From assembly GCA_964410075.1 (NCBI GenBank), contig CAYPHE010000002.1, positions 1 to 45,079 on the forward strand: a stretch of 45,079 nucleotides of DNA, written 5' to 3'. This stretch comes from an uncultured Polaribacter sp. (GTDB lineage: Bacteria > Bacteroidota > Bacteroidia > Flavobacteriales > Flavobacteriaceae). Positions 1 through 9,351 of the stretch are shown here, one piece after another. The position numbers were made by a program, and so were the translations under genes. A model generated the notes under the pieces. The model had not been told where the DNA came from. It searched no databases and saw only the letters and a program-made list of their open reading frames with translations. The number at the start of each line of letters is the position of its first letter. Position 1 is the stretch's first letter.

Positions 1-16
1 TATTTTATAATACCAT

Positions 17-49
17 AAAAAAAGAGATTGCCTTTAAAGACAATCTCTT
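17..49 (-). terminator. Rho-independent terminator closing the left PUL transcript
   Basis: Minus strand reads AAGAGATTGTC-TTTAAA-GGCAATCTCTT (11-bp stem, one G-U pair) followed by a T-run, 45 nt after the stop of ORF 95-271. Confidence 0.8.
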
Positions 50-94
50 ACTAATTAACTAAAACATCGTTTTGAGATAAACTATGTTTTCTTT

Positions 95-271
95 TTAAAA
101 TCCTGTTCCAGGAGCTTCAGGACTCTGCGCTTGCGATTTTTGAGGATTCAAAATCATATAAGTTCCTAATGCAGTTAAAGCAGCATATTTACTATAATTT
201 CCAATTTTCTTTATAGCATCTTTTCTTGAAATATTACTAGTTGATGTATCTTGTTTTTTCATGGTATTCAT
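95..271 (-). CDS. Small 58-aa signal-peptide-like protein (absent from the ORF track)
   Basis: Hand translation: MNTMKKQDTSTSNISRKDAIKKIGNYSKYAALTALGTYMILNPQKSQAQSPEAPGTGF*. ATG lies 12 nt after the upstream stop (alternative ATG at 262), A-rich leader, and it fills the gap to the terminator. Confidence 0.75.
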   Translation of the reverse strand: MNTMKKQDTSTSNISRKDAIKKIGNYSKYAALTALGTYMILNPQKSQAQSPEAPGTGF

Positions 272-283
272 TTTTAAATGCTA

Positions 284-2362
284 TTACTTTAAAATTATTT
301 TCTTATTCAATTTACCATCCTTATTCTCTAATTGAATTAGATAAATACCTTTTGCTAATTTTGGTAAAGCAATATCATCATTCCCTTTTGCTATAAAAGA
401 AGTGTTTACAACTTGATTTCCTAATATAGAATATAACTTTAGAGATGTTTTAATATTAGATAAACCAACTATATTTAAGTTTGATGGATTAGATTGATGA
501 ATAACAACCTTATCTAAACTATCATTTACTGTACTTAAAGATTTACCAGAAACATGTAAATAAAATCTACCAACTCCATTTAAATTTTCTGTTAGAATAA
601 TTTTTATATCTCCACTATTAAAACTTGTAAACGTATTCGCTTCTTTATCTTCTAAATAAAGAATAACGTTTTTTGATAAGTTTTCTATAGTAACAGAAAA
701 TGTAATTTCTTTATTTGCGAGAGCCTTTACTCCTAATGGAATTATACTAGATTCCATTTCTGATAACGGTAACGATTGTTTACCAAACTTAATACCTTCA
801 TTATTTTCTATTAACTGCGTATAAACTGTTAAATCTGAAGCAACTCCATCAAACATACCAATATCTAAGCCAGGGTCTAAAGCTTTTGTTGAACTTTCTA
901 AATAACTAATCTGTGTAGCTTTTTTTACACTTCCTTGTGCTATAGATAGACTAATTTTTGGTGCTGCATTTTTATGAAAAATAATTCCTGTTTGATGACT
1001 TTGCATTGCTTTTGTTATAGAAGCATTTCCAGAAGCTACATTAGAATTCACAAAAAATGCTTGCCCTGGATGTATATGCCCTGTATTTAAATCATCATAA
1101 GAACTCGTACTAGCATTCCATACATAAATTGCTTGAAAAGCTCCTGGTAACGAAGCTGTGTTTGCCGAAATAAATGCAGCAACATCCATATAAGAAGGAT
1201 AAGAATTACCAATTAAATTCCAATTTGTACTAGCTCCTTGAGTAATTACTGGATTTACAGCAGTTGCCAACGTCCCTGTAAATGAAAAATTACCACTACT
1301 AACTCCTGGGTTAGCATCTTTAATTAAAGCATAGCCAACACCTGTTCCAAAAGTTACTGCACTTGCTCCTCCTTGAAAATATCTCCAATGCCCAGCTGAT
1401 CCAGCAACGTGTGGCGAAGTTGAACTTGTATTATCATAAGTAGCAATTCCTCTATTTGTAGTAAAATCTGAACCAGAAGCAATATCATTATTAGTTACCC
1501 AAGTATCATCATAATTTTGCCCTACAACAGGACTTGAAATTAAATGCCAATTGGTACCTGAAACATTTACATTATACGTAATATTTCCACTAGAATTTCC
1601 AGAAACCAATATAGAATTCCCTCCATTAACTGTTGTGGTGCCCATATTTGTAAAATCATCAGAAATAGTTAAACTACTTGCTATTTGTAAAGAAGACCCG
1701 CTATTTACAAATAAGTCTTTAACAGAAACCGCATTACTAATTACTGGTTTATTGGTAACATTTGGTATTCTTACATTAGAAGTAGAAGTTGGCACCGAGG
1801 GAGACCAATTTCCTGAATCTGTCCAACTTGTGTCCGTACTTCCTGTCCACTCATGAGAAATTAGTCTAAACTGTTGGTTTGCTCCACCTAAATCAACATC
1901 AAAAGTTTGTATTTGGGCACCAGAGTTACCGTCTTGAATATCAAAAGCTCTTACAGGGTCATTTACAGATCCAAAATTACAGGTAGTAAATGCAATTTGA
2001 AATACATAAGAACCTGCATTATTTCCAGCAGAAATTAAAAATTCGACATTAGCATCTGAACTTGTAAACCTAGCTTGTACATCTCCAAAGCGTCCACACC
2101 AACCATCTTTTATACCTACAAAAGAACCTGTTGCTACATTAGAAATTTTATATACATTTCCACCTTGGTGTGTAAAATTCCAAAGTTGATTATTATCTGA
2201 AAAATTGGGAGTAGTCATGGACATATCAAAATCTCCTGATGTTGCCGTAACCATAGCTTCTTGATGAACATCTGAGTAAATTTGATAAGTACCATCAGGT
2301 ATTATTTGCGCACTTATAGTAGTAAAAACTAAAAAAATGCAGATATAAAAGAAATTTTTCAT
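284..2362 (-). CDS. T9SS type A secreted protein, N-terminal ricin-type beta-trefoil (CBM13-like) domain plus about 500-aa flavobacterial C-terminal module
   Basis: Signal peptide ending ISA|Q; QxW/QxF motifs (NQLWNF, NQQF); WTGSTDTSW..SGNW, WHLISSPV, WNLIGNSYPS, PGQAFFV; C-terminal YSILG..LAKGIYLIQ..KKIILK sorting domain. Confidence 0.85.
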   Translation of the reverse strand: MKNFFYICIFLVFTTISAQIIPDGTYQIYSDVHQEAMVTATSGDFDMSMTTPNFSDNNQLWNFTHQGGNVYKISNVATGSFVGIKDGWCGRFGDVQARFTSSDANVEFLISAGNNAGSYVFQIAFTTCNFGSVNDPVRAFDIQDGNSGAQIQTFDVDLGGANQQFRLISHEWTGSTDTSWTDSGNWSPSVPTSTSNVRIPNVTNKPVISNAVSVKDLFVNSGSSLQIASSLTISDDFTNMGTTTVNGGNSILVSGNSSGNITYNVNVSGTNWHLISSPVVGQNYDDTWVTNNDIASGSDFTTNRGIATYDNTSSTSPHVAGSAGHWRYFQGGASAVTFGTGVGYALIKDANPGVSSGNFSFTGTLATAVNPVITQGASTNWNLIGNSYPSYMDVAAFISANTASLPGAFQAIYVWNASTSSYDDLNTGHIHPGQAFFVNSNVASGNASITKAMQSHQTGIIFHKNAAPKISLSIAQGSVKKATQISYLESSTKALDPGLDIGMFDGVASDLTVYTQLIENNEGIKFGKQSLPLSEMESSIIPLGVKALANKEITFSVTIENLSKNVILYLEDKEANTFTSFNSGDIKIILTENLNGVGRFYLHVSGKSLSTVNDSLDKVVIHQSNPSNLNIVGLSNIKTSLKLYSILGNQVVNTSFIAKGNDDIALPKLAKGIYLIQLENKDGKLNKKIILK
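1932..1981. repeat. 50-bp near-identical segment shared with 2720-2769 (duplicated ricin domain)
   Basis: tcttgaatatcaaaagctct[t/a]acagggtcatttacagatccaaaattaca, 49/50 identical between the two copies. Confidence 0.9.
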
Positions 2363-2373
2363 TTTCTATTGGG

Positions 2374-3177
2374 TTAGTTAATAATTATTTTTTTATTTAA
2401 TGTTGTATTATTTACAGACAATTGAACAATATAAATTCCAGCTTTTAAACCGTTAGTTGAAATAACTTTTCTTTTGTCTAAAGTGCTCTGAAATGATTTT
2501 ACGTTTTGTCCTAAAACAGAATAAACTTGAATATTTGCTTTAGATGAATTTCCGTTATTGTTTATTACAATTCCAGAATTACTATTGTAGAAAATTGAAA
2601 CTTGACTTTCTAATAAATTTTCTGAAGTAGAAAGCGTACCTGGTGAAACAAATTCAAATTGTTGATTTGGATTTTCAGTATTTACATCAAAAGTTTGTAT
2701 TTGAGCTCCAGAAGCACCATCTTGAATATCAAAAGCTCTAACAGGGTCATTTACAGATCCAAAATTACAAGTTGTAAAACCAATTTGAATTACATATTTG
2801 TTTTCTACAGATGACGGAGAAATTAAAAATTCTACATTTGCATCAGCATTTTCAAATCTAGCTTGTACATCTCCAAACTGACCACACCAGCCATCTTTAA
2901 TTCCTAGCGTTTTTCCGCTTCCAACATTTACAATTTTGTAAATATTGTTTGCTTGATGTGTAAATGTCCATATTTGGTTGTTATCTGTACTATTATTAGC
3001 TGTCATAAGTGCATCTAAATCTCCTTCTGTACTTGCTGTCATTACTTCAGAATGAACACTAGAAAAGATTTGATAATTCCCATCAGGAATAATTTGTTCT
3101 TGGGCGCTAAATTGCAAACTGATTAAAAGTAAAAAAGCGGCTGCCAATTCTTTGATAATTGAGTAATTTTTTTTCAT
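2374..3177 (-). CDS. T9SS type A secreted ricin-type lectin domain protein
   Basis: Signal peptide ending FSA|Q; NQIWTF and NQQF motifs; YSVLGQ..LKAGIYIVQ..KKIIIN sorting domain; no catalytic domain visible. Confidence 0.85.
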   Translation of the reverse strand: MKKNYSIIKELAAAFLLLISLQFSAQEQIIPDGNYQIFSSVHSEVMTASTEGDLDALMTANNSTDNNQIWTFTHQANNIYKIVNVGSGKTLGIKDGWCGQFGDVQARFENADANVEFLISPSSVENKYVIQIGFTTCNFGSVNDPVRAFDIQDGASGAQIQTFDVNTENPNQQFEFVSPGTLSTSENLLESQVSIFYNSNSGIVINNNGNSSKANIQVYSVLGQNVKSFQSTLDKRKVISTNGLKAGIYIVQLSVNNTTLNKKIIIN

Positions 3178-3195
3178 GATAAAAGTTTTTTTTAA

Positions 3196-4653
3196 TTAAT
3201 AAATTAGTGATTGCATAGCATGTTGAGGTATGGTTAAGCTTACCTCGCTATTATTAACAATAAGCTTGTATTGTATGGGTTTATCTGTTCTGTTCATTAC
3301 AACTGTAGTAATTTTTCCGTCTTTGTTTTGAAAACTTGTACTCTCTAAAGTACTTCTTGTAGTAGTTGTACTTATTCTCTTAGCTTTAGGTTTAACAAAT
3401 TTTGAAAAATGACCTATGTAATAATAAGAAGGTGTATAAATAAGTTCTTTTGTTCTTAAATCTGCATGTATAGGGGCAAAACATAAGTTGTTTACATGAT
3501 TTGGACCTCCTGTTTCATCCAAAAGAATATTCCAATCTGTCCAACCTACAGTTCCTTGGTTGAAATCGTTAATCATTGAATTTCCATAGCGTTCTGCATT
3601 GGACCATCTGAAATAATGATTCTCATCAAAAGATTCTTGACAACCTTCTGTAAAAAGCAAATTTTTATCTGGATATGATTCTTTTATATTTTTTAAATTA
3701 TCATATTTAGGCAAACCTCCTGTCCAAGTTTCATACCAATGAAAACCGATTCCCCAAGCATATTTTGAAGCTTCAGGATCATCGAAAATAGTATTGGCTC
3801 TATGAGAAATTAAATCTCTATTATGATCCCAAACCACAATATTTTTATTTTCTAAGCCTTCTTTTTCAAAAGTTGGCCCTAGGTAATTTTTAAGAAAGTT
3901 TTTTTCTTCTTCTGCGGTGTAAATACAAGACTCCCATCGTTGTTTTGCCATGGGTTCATTCTGTATGGTAACTCCCCAAACAGGAATTCCTTCTTTTTCG
4001 TATGCCTTAATAAATTTTGCAAAGTAATTTGCCCAAGGTTGATAATATTCTGGCAATAATTTACCACCCTGTAACATACTTTTGTTTGATTTCATAAAAG
4101 CAGGTGGACTCCAAGGACTTGCATAGAAAACCAAATCTTCACCAATAACTTTTTGTGCTTTTTTTATCATTGGTATTCTATATCTTAAATCTCTAATAAT
4201 TGAAAAACTTTTCAACTCTGGGTCCTTGTCTTTAACATAAGTATGACTCTCTGAACTAAAATCGCAACTATGAATACTTGTTCTTATAATATTATAATTG
4301 ATTCCATCTTTACCATAGTAAGCACTTATCAATTCTTCTTGTTTATCTGCAGGTAGTTTTGCAAACACTTCTGCAGAAGCATCTGTAATTGCACCACCAA
4401 TTCCTAAAAAGGTCTGAAACTTTTTTTCTGGATTAACAATAATGGCAATTTCTGTTTCCAAAGGCTGTTTCATAGGTTTAAGAACTTCTTTATTGGTTAA
4501 AGAAATTTTTAATTCTGTATTTTCTGCTGTGGTAAACACAGAGATATTTTTACCTATAAATTCAGCTTGTTTTGTGGTAATGCTGTCTTTTTTTTTACCA
4601 AAACAAGACATGAGAAGTGCACAACACACAATTAAAATTGTTGTTTTTTTCAT
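3196..4653 (-). CDS. Glycoside hydrolase family 30 (GH30_1 / glucosylceramidase-like), lipoprotein
   Basis: GIGGAITD, SIHSCDFS, ASPWSPPAFMK, QNEP (acid/base), FTEGC (nucleophile), WTDWN. Start moved to ATG 4653 (MKKTTIL..LMSC), which removes the overlap with the upstream gene. Confidence 0.88.
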   Translation of the reverse strand: MKKTTILIVCCALLMSCFGKKKDSITTKQAEFIGKNISVFTTAENTELKISLTNKEVLKPMKQPLETEIAIIVNPEKKFQTFLGIGGAITDASAEVFAKLPADKQEELISAYYGKDGINYNIIRTSIHSCDFSSESHTYVKDKDPELKSFSIIRDLRYRIPMIKKAQKVIGEDLVFYASPWSPPAFMKSNKSMLQGGKLLPEYYQPWANYFAKFIKAYEKEGIPVWGVTIQNEPMAKQRWESCIYTAEEEKNFLKNYLGPTFEKEGLENKNIVVWDHNRDLISHRANTIFDDPEASKYAWGIGFHWYETWTGGLPKYDNLKNIKESYPDKNLLFTEGCQESFDENHYFRWSNAERYGNSMINDFNQGTVGWTDWNILLDETGGPNHVNNLCFAPIHADLRTKELIYTPSYYYIGHFSKFVKPKAKRISTTTTRSTLESTSFQNKDGKITTVVMNRTDKPIQYKLIVNNSEVSLTIPQHAMQSLIY

Positions 4654-4669
4654 AAAAAATAATTTTATT

Positions 4670-6112
4670 TTACCAGACAAGAGTGGCTACTGAACCTGCT
4701 GGTAAAACCGCAGATACAGGAGCTTGAGCAACATTTATATTAAAAGATTTTTGCGTATTGGTATTATTCAAAACAATAACTACTATTTTACCATCAGGTG
4801 TTTTAAATGCTACATTTTGAATGTCTAAAGAGGTATTACTACCTATTCTTACAGAACCTGGAGGAACAAATTTAGAAACTTGAGATATGATATAGTATGC
4901 CGAATTTTTAGCAACATTATTACCATCTATAGTAATTGCTCCCAAGCATTTTGTACATCCGCCATCGGTAAAAGGTCTATTATCTGGGTCTGCTGCTAAA
5001 TTCCATTGTAAAACAACTTTACTCCAGTTTCTAGAAGCACCAATAACTAACTCTCTAAAATGCCAACGAATGTCTGAAGGGAAATCTCCAGGAGCTTCTA
5101 TCCATTGCTCGGTAAAATAAACCCCTTTATCTGGATGTGCATTATGTACAACACTCATTTTATCTATAGTACCCGCATACAAATGAAATGCAGAACCCGC
5201 AACATATTGCTTAGCTTCAGGATCATTCATAATTGAAATAGGATAGTTTGGATTGTCTAAATTATGATCAAAAAGAATAATATCTGTAGTAATATTTTCT
5301 GAAGCAAAAAGAGGTCCAAGATGATTTACGATAAAATCTTTTTGTTCATTTGCCTCCATTAACATACTAGGATTGTTATAAGGATTTTCGGGTTCATTTT
5401 GAATACTCATTGCATCTATTCTAATGCCTTCTTCTGCCATTGCTTTAATGTATTTTGCAAAGTAGTTCGCATAAGTTGCATAATACTGTGTTTGCAATTT
5501 TCCACCAATAGAATTTCCATTCGTTTTCATCCAAACTGGAGCAGACCATGGAGTAGCCAAAATTTTAACATTTGGGTTAATACTTAAGATCTCTTTTAAA
5601 ACTGGAATTAAATTTGCTCTATCTGGAGCGATAGAAAAATTATCTAAATTTACATCTGTTTGTCCTACAGGAAGATCGCTATAAGAAAACACATTAGGGT
5701 CTAAATCTGACGCGCCTATACTTATTCTTAAATAACTTACTCCATTTCCATTTTCTACAGAAAACAAATCTTGAAGTAAAGATGTTCTTGCAGATGACGA
5801 CATTGCATTTATCAAATTAGCACTTCCTCCAGTTAGAGAAAAACCAAAGCCATCCATAGTTTGATAGATCTGATTTTCTGATACGTTTATCGTAAAATCA
5901 TTATTATCTATTAATGGAAATATTCCATTTTCTTGTGGTTGAATCAAACTCGTTTGATCTGGTGTTGTTAAGTAAAATTCTACATTTACATCTTCTACTT
6001 CTGGTGGCGGAAAAGATGTAAATTCTTTTTCATCACAAGAATGTGTCGCTAATAATAAGAATGAAAATAGCGCTGTATAAATCATTGTAAGTCTATATTT
6101 TTTAAAGTTCAT
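4670..6112 (-). CDS. GH30_3-like endo-beta-1,6-glucanase, lipoprotein
   Basis: GFGFSLTGGSA, LRISIGASD, PWSAPVWMK, QNEP, FHLYAG, FTEQW, WNLAAD, GGCTKCLG; lipobox THSC followed by acidic DEKE. Subfamily is inferred from motifs and context. Confidence 0.82.
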   Translation of the reverse strand: MNFKKYRLTMIYTALFSFLLLATHSCDEKEFTSFPPPEVEDVNVEFYLTTPDQTSLIQPQENGIFPLIDNNDFTINVSENQIYQTMDGFGFSLTGGSANLINAMSSSARTSLLQDLFSVENGNGVSYLRISIGASDLDPNVFSYSDLPVGQTDVNLDNFSIAPDRANLIPVLKEILSINPNVKILATPWSAPVWMKTNGNSIGGKLQTQYYATYANYFAKYIKAMAEEGIRIDAMSIQNEPENPYNNPSMLMEANEQKDFIVNHLGPLFASENITTDIILFDHNLDNPNYPISIMNDPEAKQYVAGSAFHLYAGTIDKMSVVHNAHPDKGVYFTEQWIEAPGDFPSDIRWHFRELVIGASRNWSKVVLQWNLAADPDNRPFTDGGCTKCLGAITIDGNNVAKNSAYYIISQVSKFVPPGSVRIGSNTSLDIQNVAFKTPDGKIVVIVLNNTNTQKSFNINVAQAPVSAVLPAGSVATLVW

Positions 6113-6129
6113 TTTTTTATGAATATTTT

Positions 6130-7854
6130 TTATTGTTTTACAAATTGATAGGTTCCTGTTTCGTAACTGTTATCTAAAACTATAGTAACTTCATAAGAAC
6201 CGTCTTCAGTAATATTCTTAATATTTTCTCCTCCAGTATTTATTAAATTTCCATTTATGCTGTTAGGGGCATCAGAACCAAAATCAAAATCCCATGGGCT
6301 AATAAATTTCATATCATAGTTAGAGATAATATTTGTTGTTATTTTAAAAGTATTTGGATGTTCATAGGTCATCGGAAACTCATCTCTTTCGTCCCAAACA
6401 GACCAATGAAACAATTTTATGTTATAATACGTCCAAGTTACCTTTGCGGCATTAAAATCGAAACTTAATTGAAGTGCTCTATCTGATGAAAGTACAAAAG
6501 GATTGGAGTTGTCTTCTAAAATAAGTACAGTATCTGTTACTTTGTCTCCTTCAGGGGTGTTAGATTCCGCTAAGTTGGTTGCTAAAGAATAATTTTGACC
6601 AGATCCGTCTGCTGAAGAATTTAATGTATAACTTGCAGAAGATTGCATTGCAATAAATTCATTCAACTCAAAAACATCTCCATTTTTTGTAAATTCTTTT
6701 ATCATATTCCCATCTTCAAGAAGAAATAAAGAAGCCGGTGCATCAATAGGATTAAGTATAGTATTGTCTCTTTCTAAAGTAAACGAATAACTTTCTGCAT
6801 TTAAATTAAGTGTTACTTTAAAAAAACCTGCTTCATTAGACGGAATATCCTCTACAGTTACTCCTTGAGATGTTGCTTCATTTTCAAAAACAATTGTATT
6901 TTGAGAACCTACAACTCTTTTCATTAAATATCCCCAATCTCCATTAGCTCTAAACGCAAAACCTCCAGTGCTTATCAAATCTATAGACTCACTCCAAATA
7001 CCATTTCCTTGGTATGTAAGTGATTCGTCTCCTCCCCAACCTCCATTGATTGGGCTTCCTACCATGCTGAAAAAATCAATTTTAAAAAGCTCGTAAGTAT
7101 TATTATCTAAGTCTACTTTTATTCTAAAAACACCATCATCTTCTGCAACAATAGCATTTCCAGACTTCTCTAATGTTCCATTTTCACCACCATATTGCAA
7201 ACTTGGCAATGTATTTTCACTATAAAACTGGTAAGTTTCTCCAGCTTTAAGTTGCGTGTAAACTTCATGAACGTTAGATAAGTTGCCATTAGCATCCGTT
7301 AATCTTGTTAATTGCATTGCATTTTCCAATACCCCATCATCTTCTGATGCTGTTCCAGAAATAAACAGTCTGTTTGGGGTAATTTCATCTTCAAATCTTT
7401 TTACAGTAATTGTGTTAGATGTTAACGAGGTTTTGCTAAGGCTTTCTGCTATAACTGCCCAACTAATAGTTGCTTCTTCATTTGCAGGAAAACCAGCAAA
7501 TGATAAAATTTCATCTATTTTTTGATAAGATATTGTTGCAGACAATGCCTTTCCTGCATTTCCAGAAGCAAACTGATACAAAGGATTTGCAAATTCTGTA
7601 TCACTAGTTTCATGGATAGAAACTTTGTAAGTAACTGCAAAATCTTCTGAAGAAGTGGCAGGTTGCCAACTAAAAGTAATGGTTTCATTAGGTGTAATTT
7701 GATCTAAAACAAAGCTTTGATTACTAGCAGGCAATTCTAACTGAGGATTACTTAACTCCCATAAACCTTCTGGCTGTAAATTAGATTCTTCTTCACAAGA
7801 AACTACCAATACAGATAAAATAATGATGAATAAAAATTTATATACTATTTTCAT
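6130..7854 (-). CDS. SusE/SusF-like surface glycan-binding lipoprotein
   Basis: Lipobox VVSC-EEE; SusE-like N-terminus (ITFSWQPA..VTYKV); repeated beta-sandwich-like segments (GGWGGD, FAFRANGDW); directly after susD. Confidence 0.75.
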   Translation of the reverse strand: MKIVYKFLFIIILSVLVVSCEEESNLQPEGLWELSNPQLELPASNQSFVLDQITPNETITFSWQPATSSEDFAVTYKVSIHETSDTEFANPLYQFASGNAGKALSATISYQKIDEILSFAGFPANEEATISWAVIAESLSKTSLTSNTITVKRFEDEITPNRLFISGTASEDDGVLENAMQLTRLTDANGNLSNVHEVYTQLKAGETYQFYSENTLPSLQYGGENGTLEKSGNAIVAEDDGVFRIKVDLDNNTYELFKIDFFSMVGSPINGGWGGDESLTYQGNGIWSESIDLISTGGFAFRANGDWGYLMKRVVGSQNTIVFENEATSQGVTVEDIPSNEAGFFKVTLNLNAESYSFTLERDNTILNPIDAPASLFLLEDGNMIKEFTKNGDVFELNEFIAMQSSASYTLNSSADGSGQNYSLATNLAESNTPEGDKVTDTVLILEDNSNPFVLSSDRALQLSFDFNAAKVTWTYYNIKLFHWSVWDERDEFPMTYEHPNTFKITTNIISNYDMKFISPWDFDFGSDAPNSINGNLINTGGENIKNITEDGSYEVTIVLDNSYETGTYQFVKQ

Positions 7855-7864
7855 GATACTATTT

Positions 7865-9340
7865 TTATAATGGATTTTGAACTAAAGCTGGGTTTCTATC
7901 TAATTCTTGCTGTGGAATAGGAAGCAATATTTTAGCTTGCGTCATGTTATAATTTACTGCATTGCCAGTTCTTAAATCTATTTCTACCAAATTATTCATT
8001 GTTTCTATTAATTGGTTATTTCTAACCAAATCATCCCACCTATGGCCTTCTAAAAACAACTCTAATCTTCTTTCTTTTAAAATTGCAGTCCTTAAAACTT
8101 CTTGAGATGCTTGTTGTTCTTGTGTTAAATTAGGTAGAGAAACTCTATTTCTAATCTTATTAACCTCTGCAACAGCTGCAGCAGTTTGTCCTAATTCGTT
8201 AAGAGCTTCTGCTTTAAGTAAAACAATATCTCCAAAACGCAATAAATACTGCCTATCTGCACTAGCAAAACCATTTGCATTTTTCATTTTATAACCAAAA
8301 GGAATGGTAGTACCTGCTGAATTTCCCCAGTACTCATCAACCCAATTTACCGACTCAAATAAAATAGATGCGTTTTTTCTAATATTATCTCCTTCATCAT
8401 CAAAAGCCTTTACAACATCTTGAGAGGGTGTTACAAATTTTCTCCAAGCATCACCAGAAATTGAAGGAGGTAATAATAATTGAGGTCCAAAATTACCTTC
8501 GTTACCACCTAAATATTGAACTTCAATAATAGATTCTGCATTATTAGGAGTATTGCCATCAAATAGTTGGTTATAATCTATTAATCTGTAATCTGCAGCA
8601 CTATTTTCTACGGCAGTAATGTGTTCTAAAGCCTTATTATAATCTGGATTTGGACTCTGCATGATAACCTTTGCAGCCAGTGCATTTGCTGCTCCAGAAG
8701 TAGCTCTTGCTTTATTAACACTAGCATCATTACCATAAACTTCTGGCAATAGTGTAGATGCAGCCTCTAGGTCTAAAATAATTTGGTTGTAGACTTCTGC
8801 AACAGAAGCTCTAGGAATATTTACATCTTCTGGGTTAAGAGAAATTATAGTATTGGTAATTAAAGGTACTCCTCCAAATAACTTTACCAAAGTAAAATAA
8901 TGGTAGGCTCTTAAAAATAAAGCTTCTCCTCTAATTTGCATCCTTCTTTCTTCTGTAAGTGTTACATCTGTAATTAACTCAACTCTTTCTATAACTAAAT
9001 TAGCTTTAGAAATAGCATTGTAAATATTTGACCAATGTGTAAAAAGGCGTGTATGCGTTGGGGTAACTTCTAAAAAGTCAATTTGAAAAATTTCTGGATT
9101 ATCTCCTCCTGCATAATTATTATCAGACCTTACATCTTGAAATAGTAAGTTGTCCCAAACATAATATTCTGAGGATTGAAAAGACTCATAAGCTCCTACT
9201 AAAGCTGCTTCAATTTGATTTGCAGTTTCGTAAGCGTTACCACTTGTTTCTTCTGATATTGGTGATAAATCTAAAAAATCTTCGCACGAAATAAAGAGCG
9301 TACTCTTTACTAATATTAATAATAAGATATATTTTTTCAT
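7865..9340 (-). CDS. susD: RagB/SusD family glycan-binding lipoprotein
   Basis: Lipobox FISC-EDFLD; GEALFLRAYHYF, FGGVPL, LLKAEALNE, ERRLELFLEGHRWDDL, LPIPQQE..NP. Confidence 0.95.
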   Translation of the reverse strand: MKKYILLLILVKSTLFISCEDFLDLSPISEETSGNAYETANQIEAALVGAYESFQSSEYYVWDNLLFQDVRSDNNYAGGDNPEIFQIDFLEVTPTHTRLFTHWSNIYNAISKANLVIERVELITDVTLTEERRMQIRGEALFLRAYHYFTLVKLFGGVPLITNTIISLNPEDVNIPRASVAEVYNQIILDLEAASTLLPEVYGNDASVNKARATSGAANALAAKVIMQSPNPDYNKALEHITAVENSAADYRLIDYNQLFDGNTPNNAESIIEVQYLGGNEGNFGPQLLLPPSISGDAWRKFVTPSQDVVKAFDDEGDNIRKNASILFESVNWVDEYWGNSAGTTIPFGYKMKNANGFASADRQYLLRFGDIVLLKAEALNELGQTAAAVAEVNKIRNRVSLPNLTQEQQASQEVLRTAILKERRLELFLEGHRWDDLVRNNQLIETMNNLVEIDLRTGNAVNYNMTQAKILLPIPQQELDRNPALVQNPL

Positions 9341-9351
9341 TTTGTTTTCGT

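Noticed and set aside
4654-4680. Extended start of the GH30_1 gene overlapping the upstream gene
   Set aside because: ATG 4653 gives a normal MKK lipoprotein signal and a 16-nt gap.
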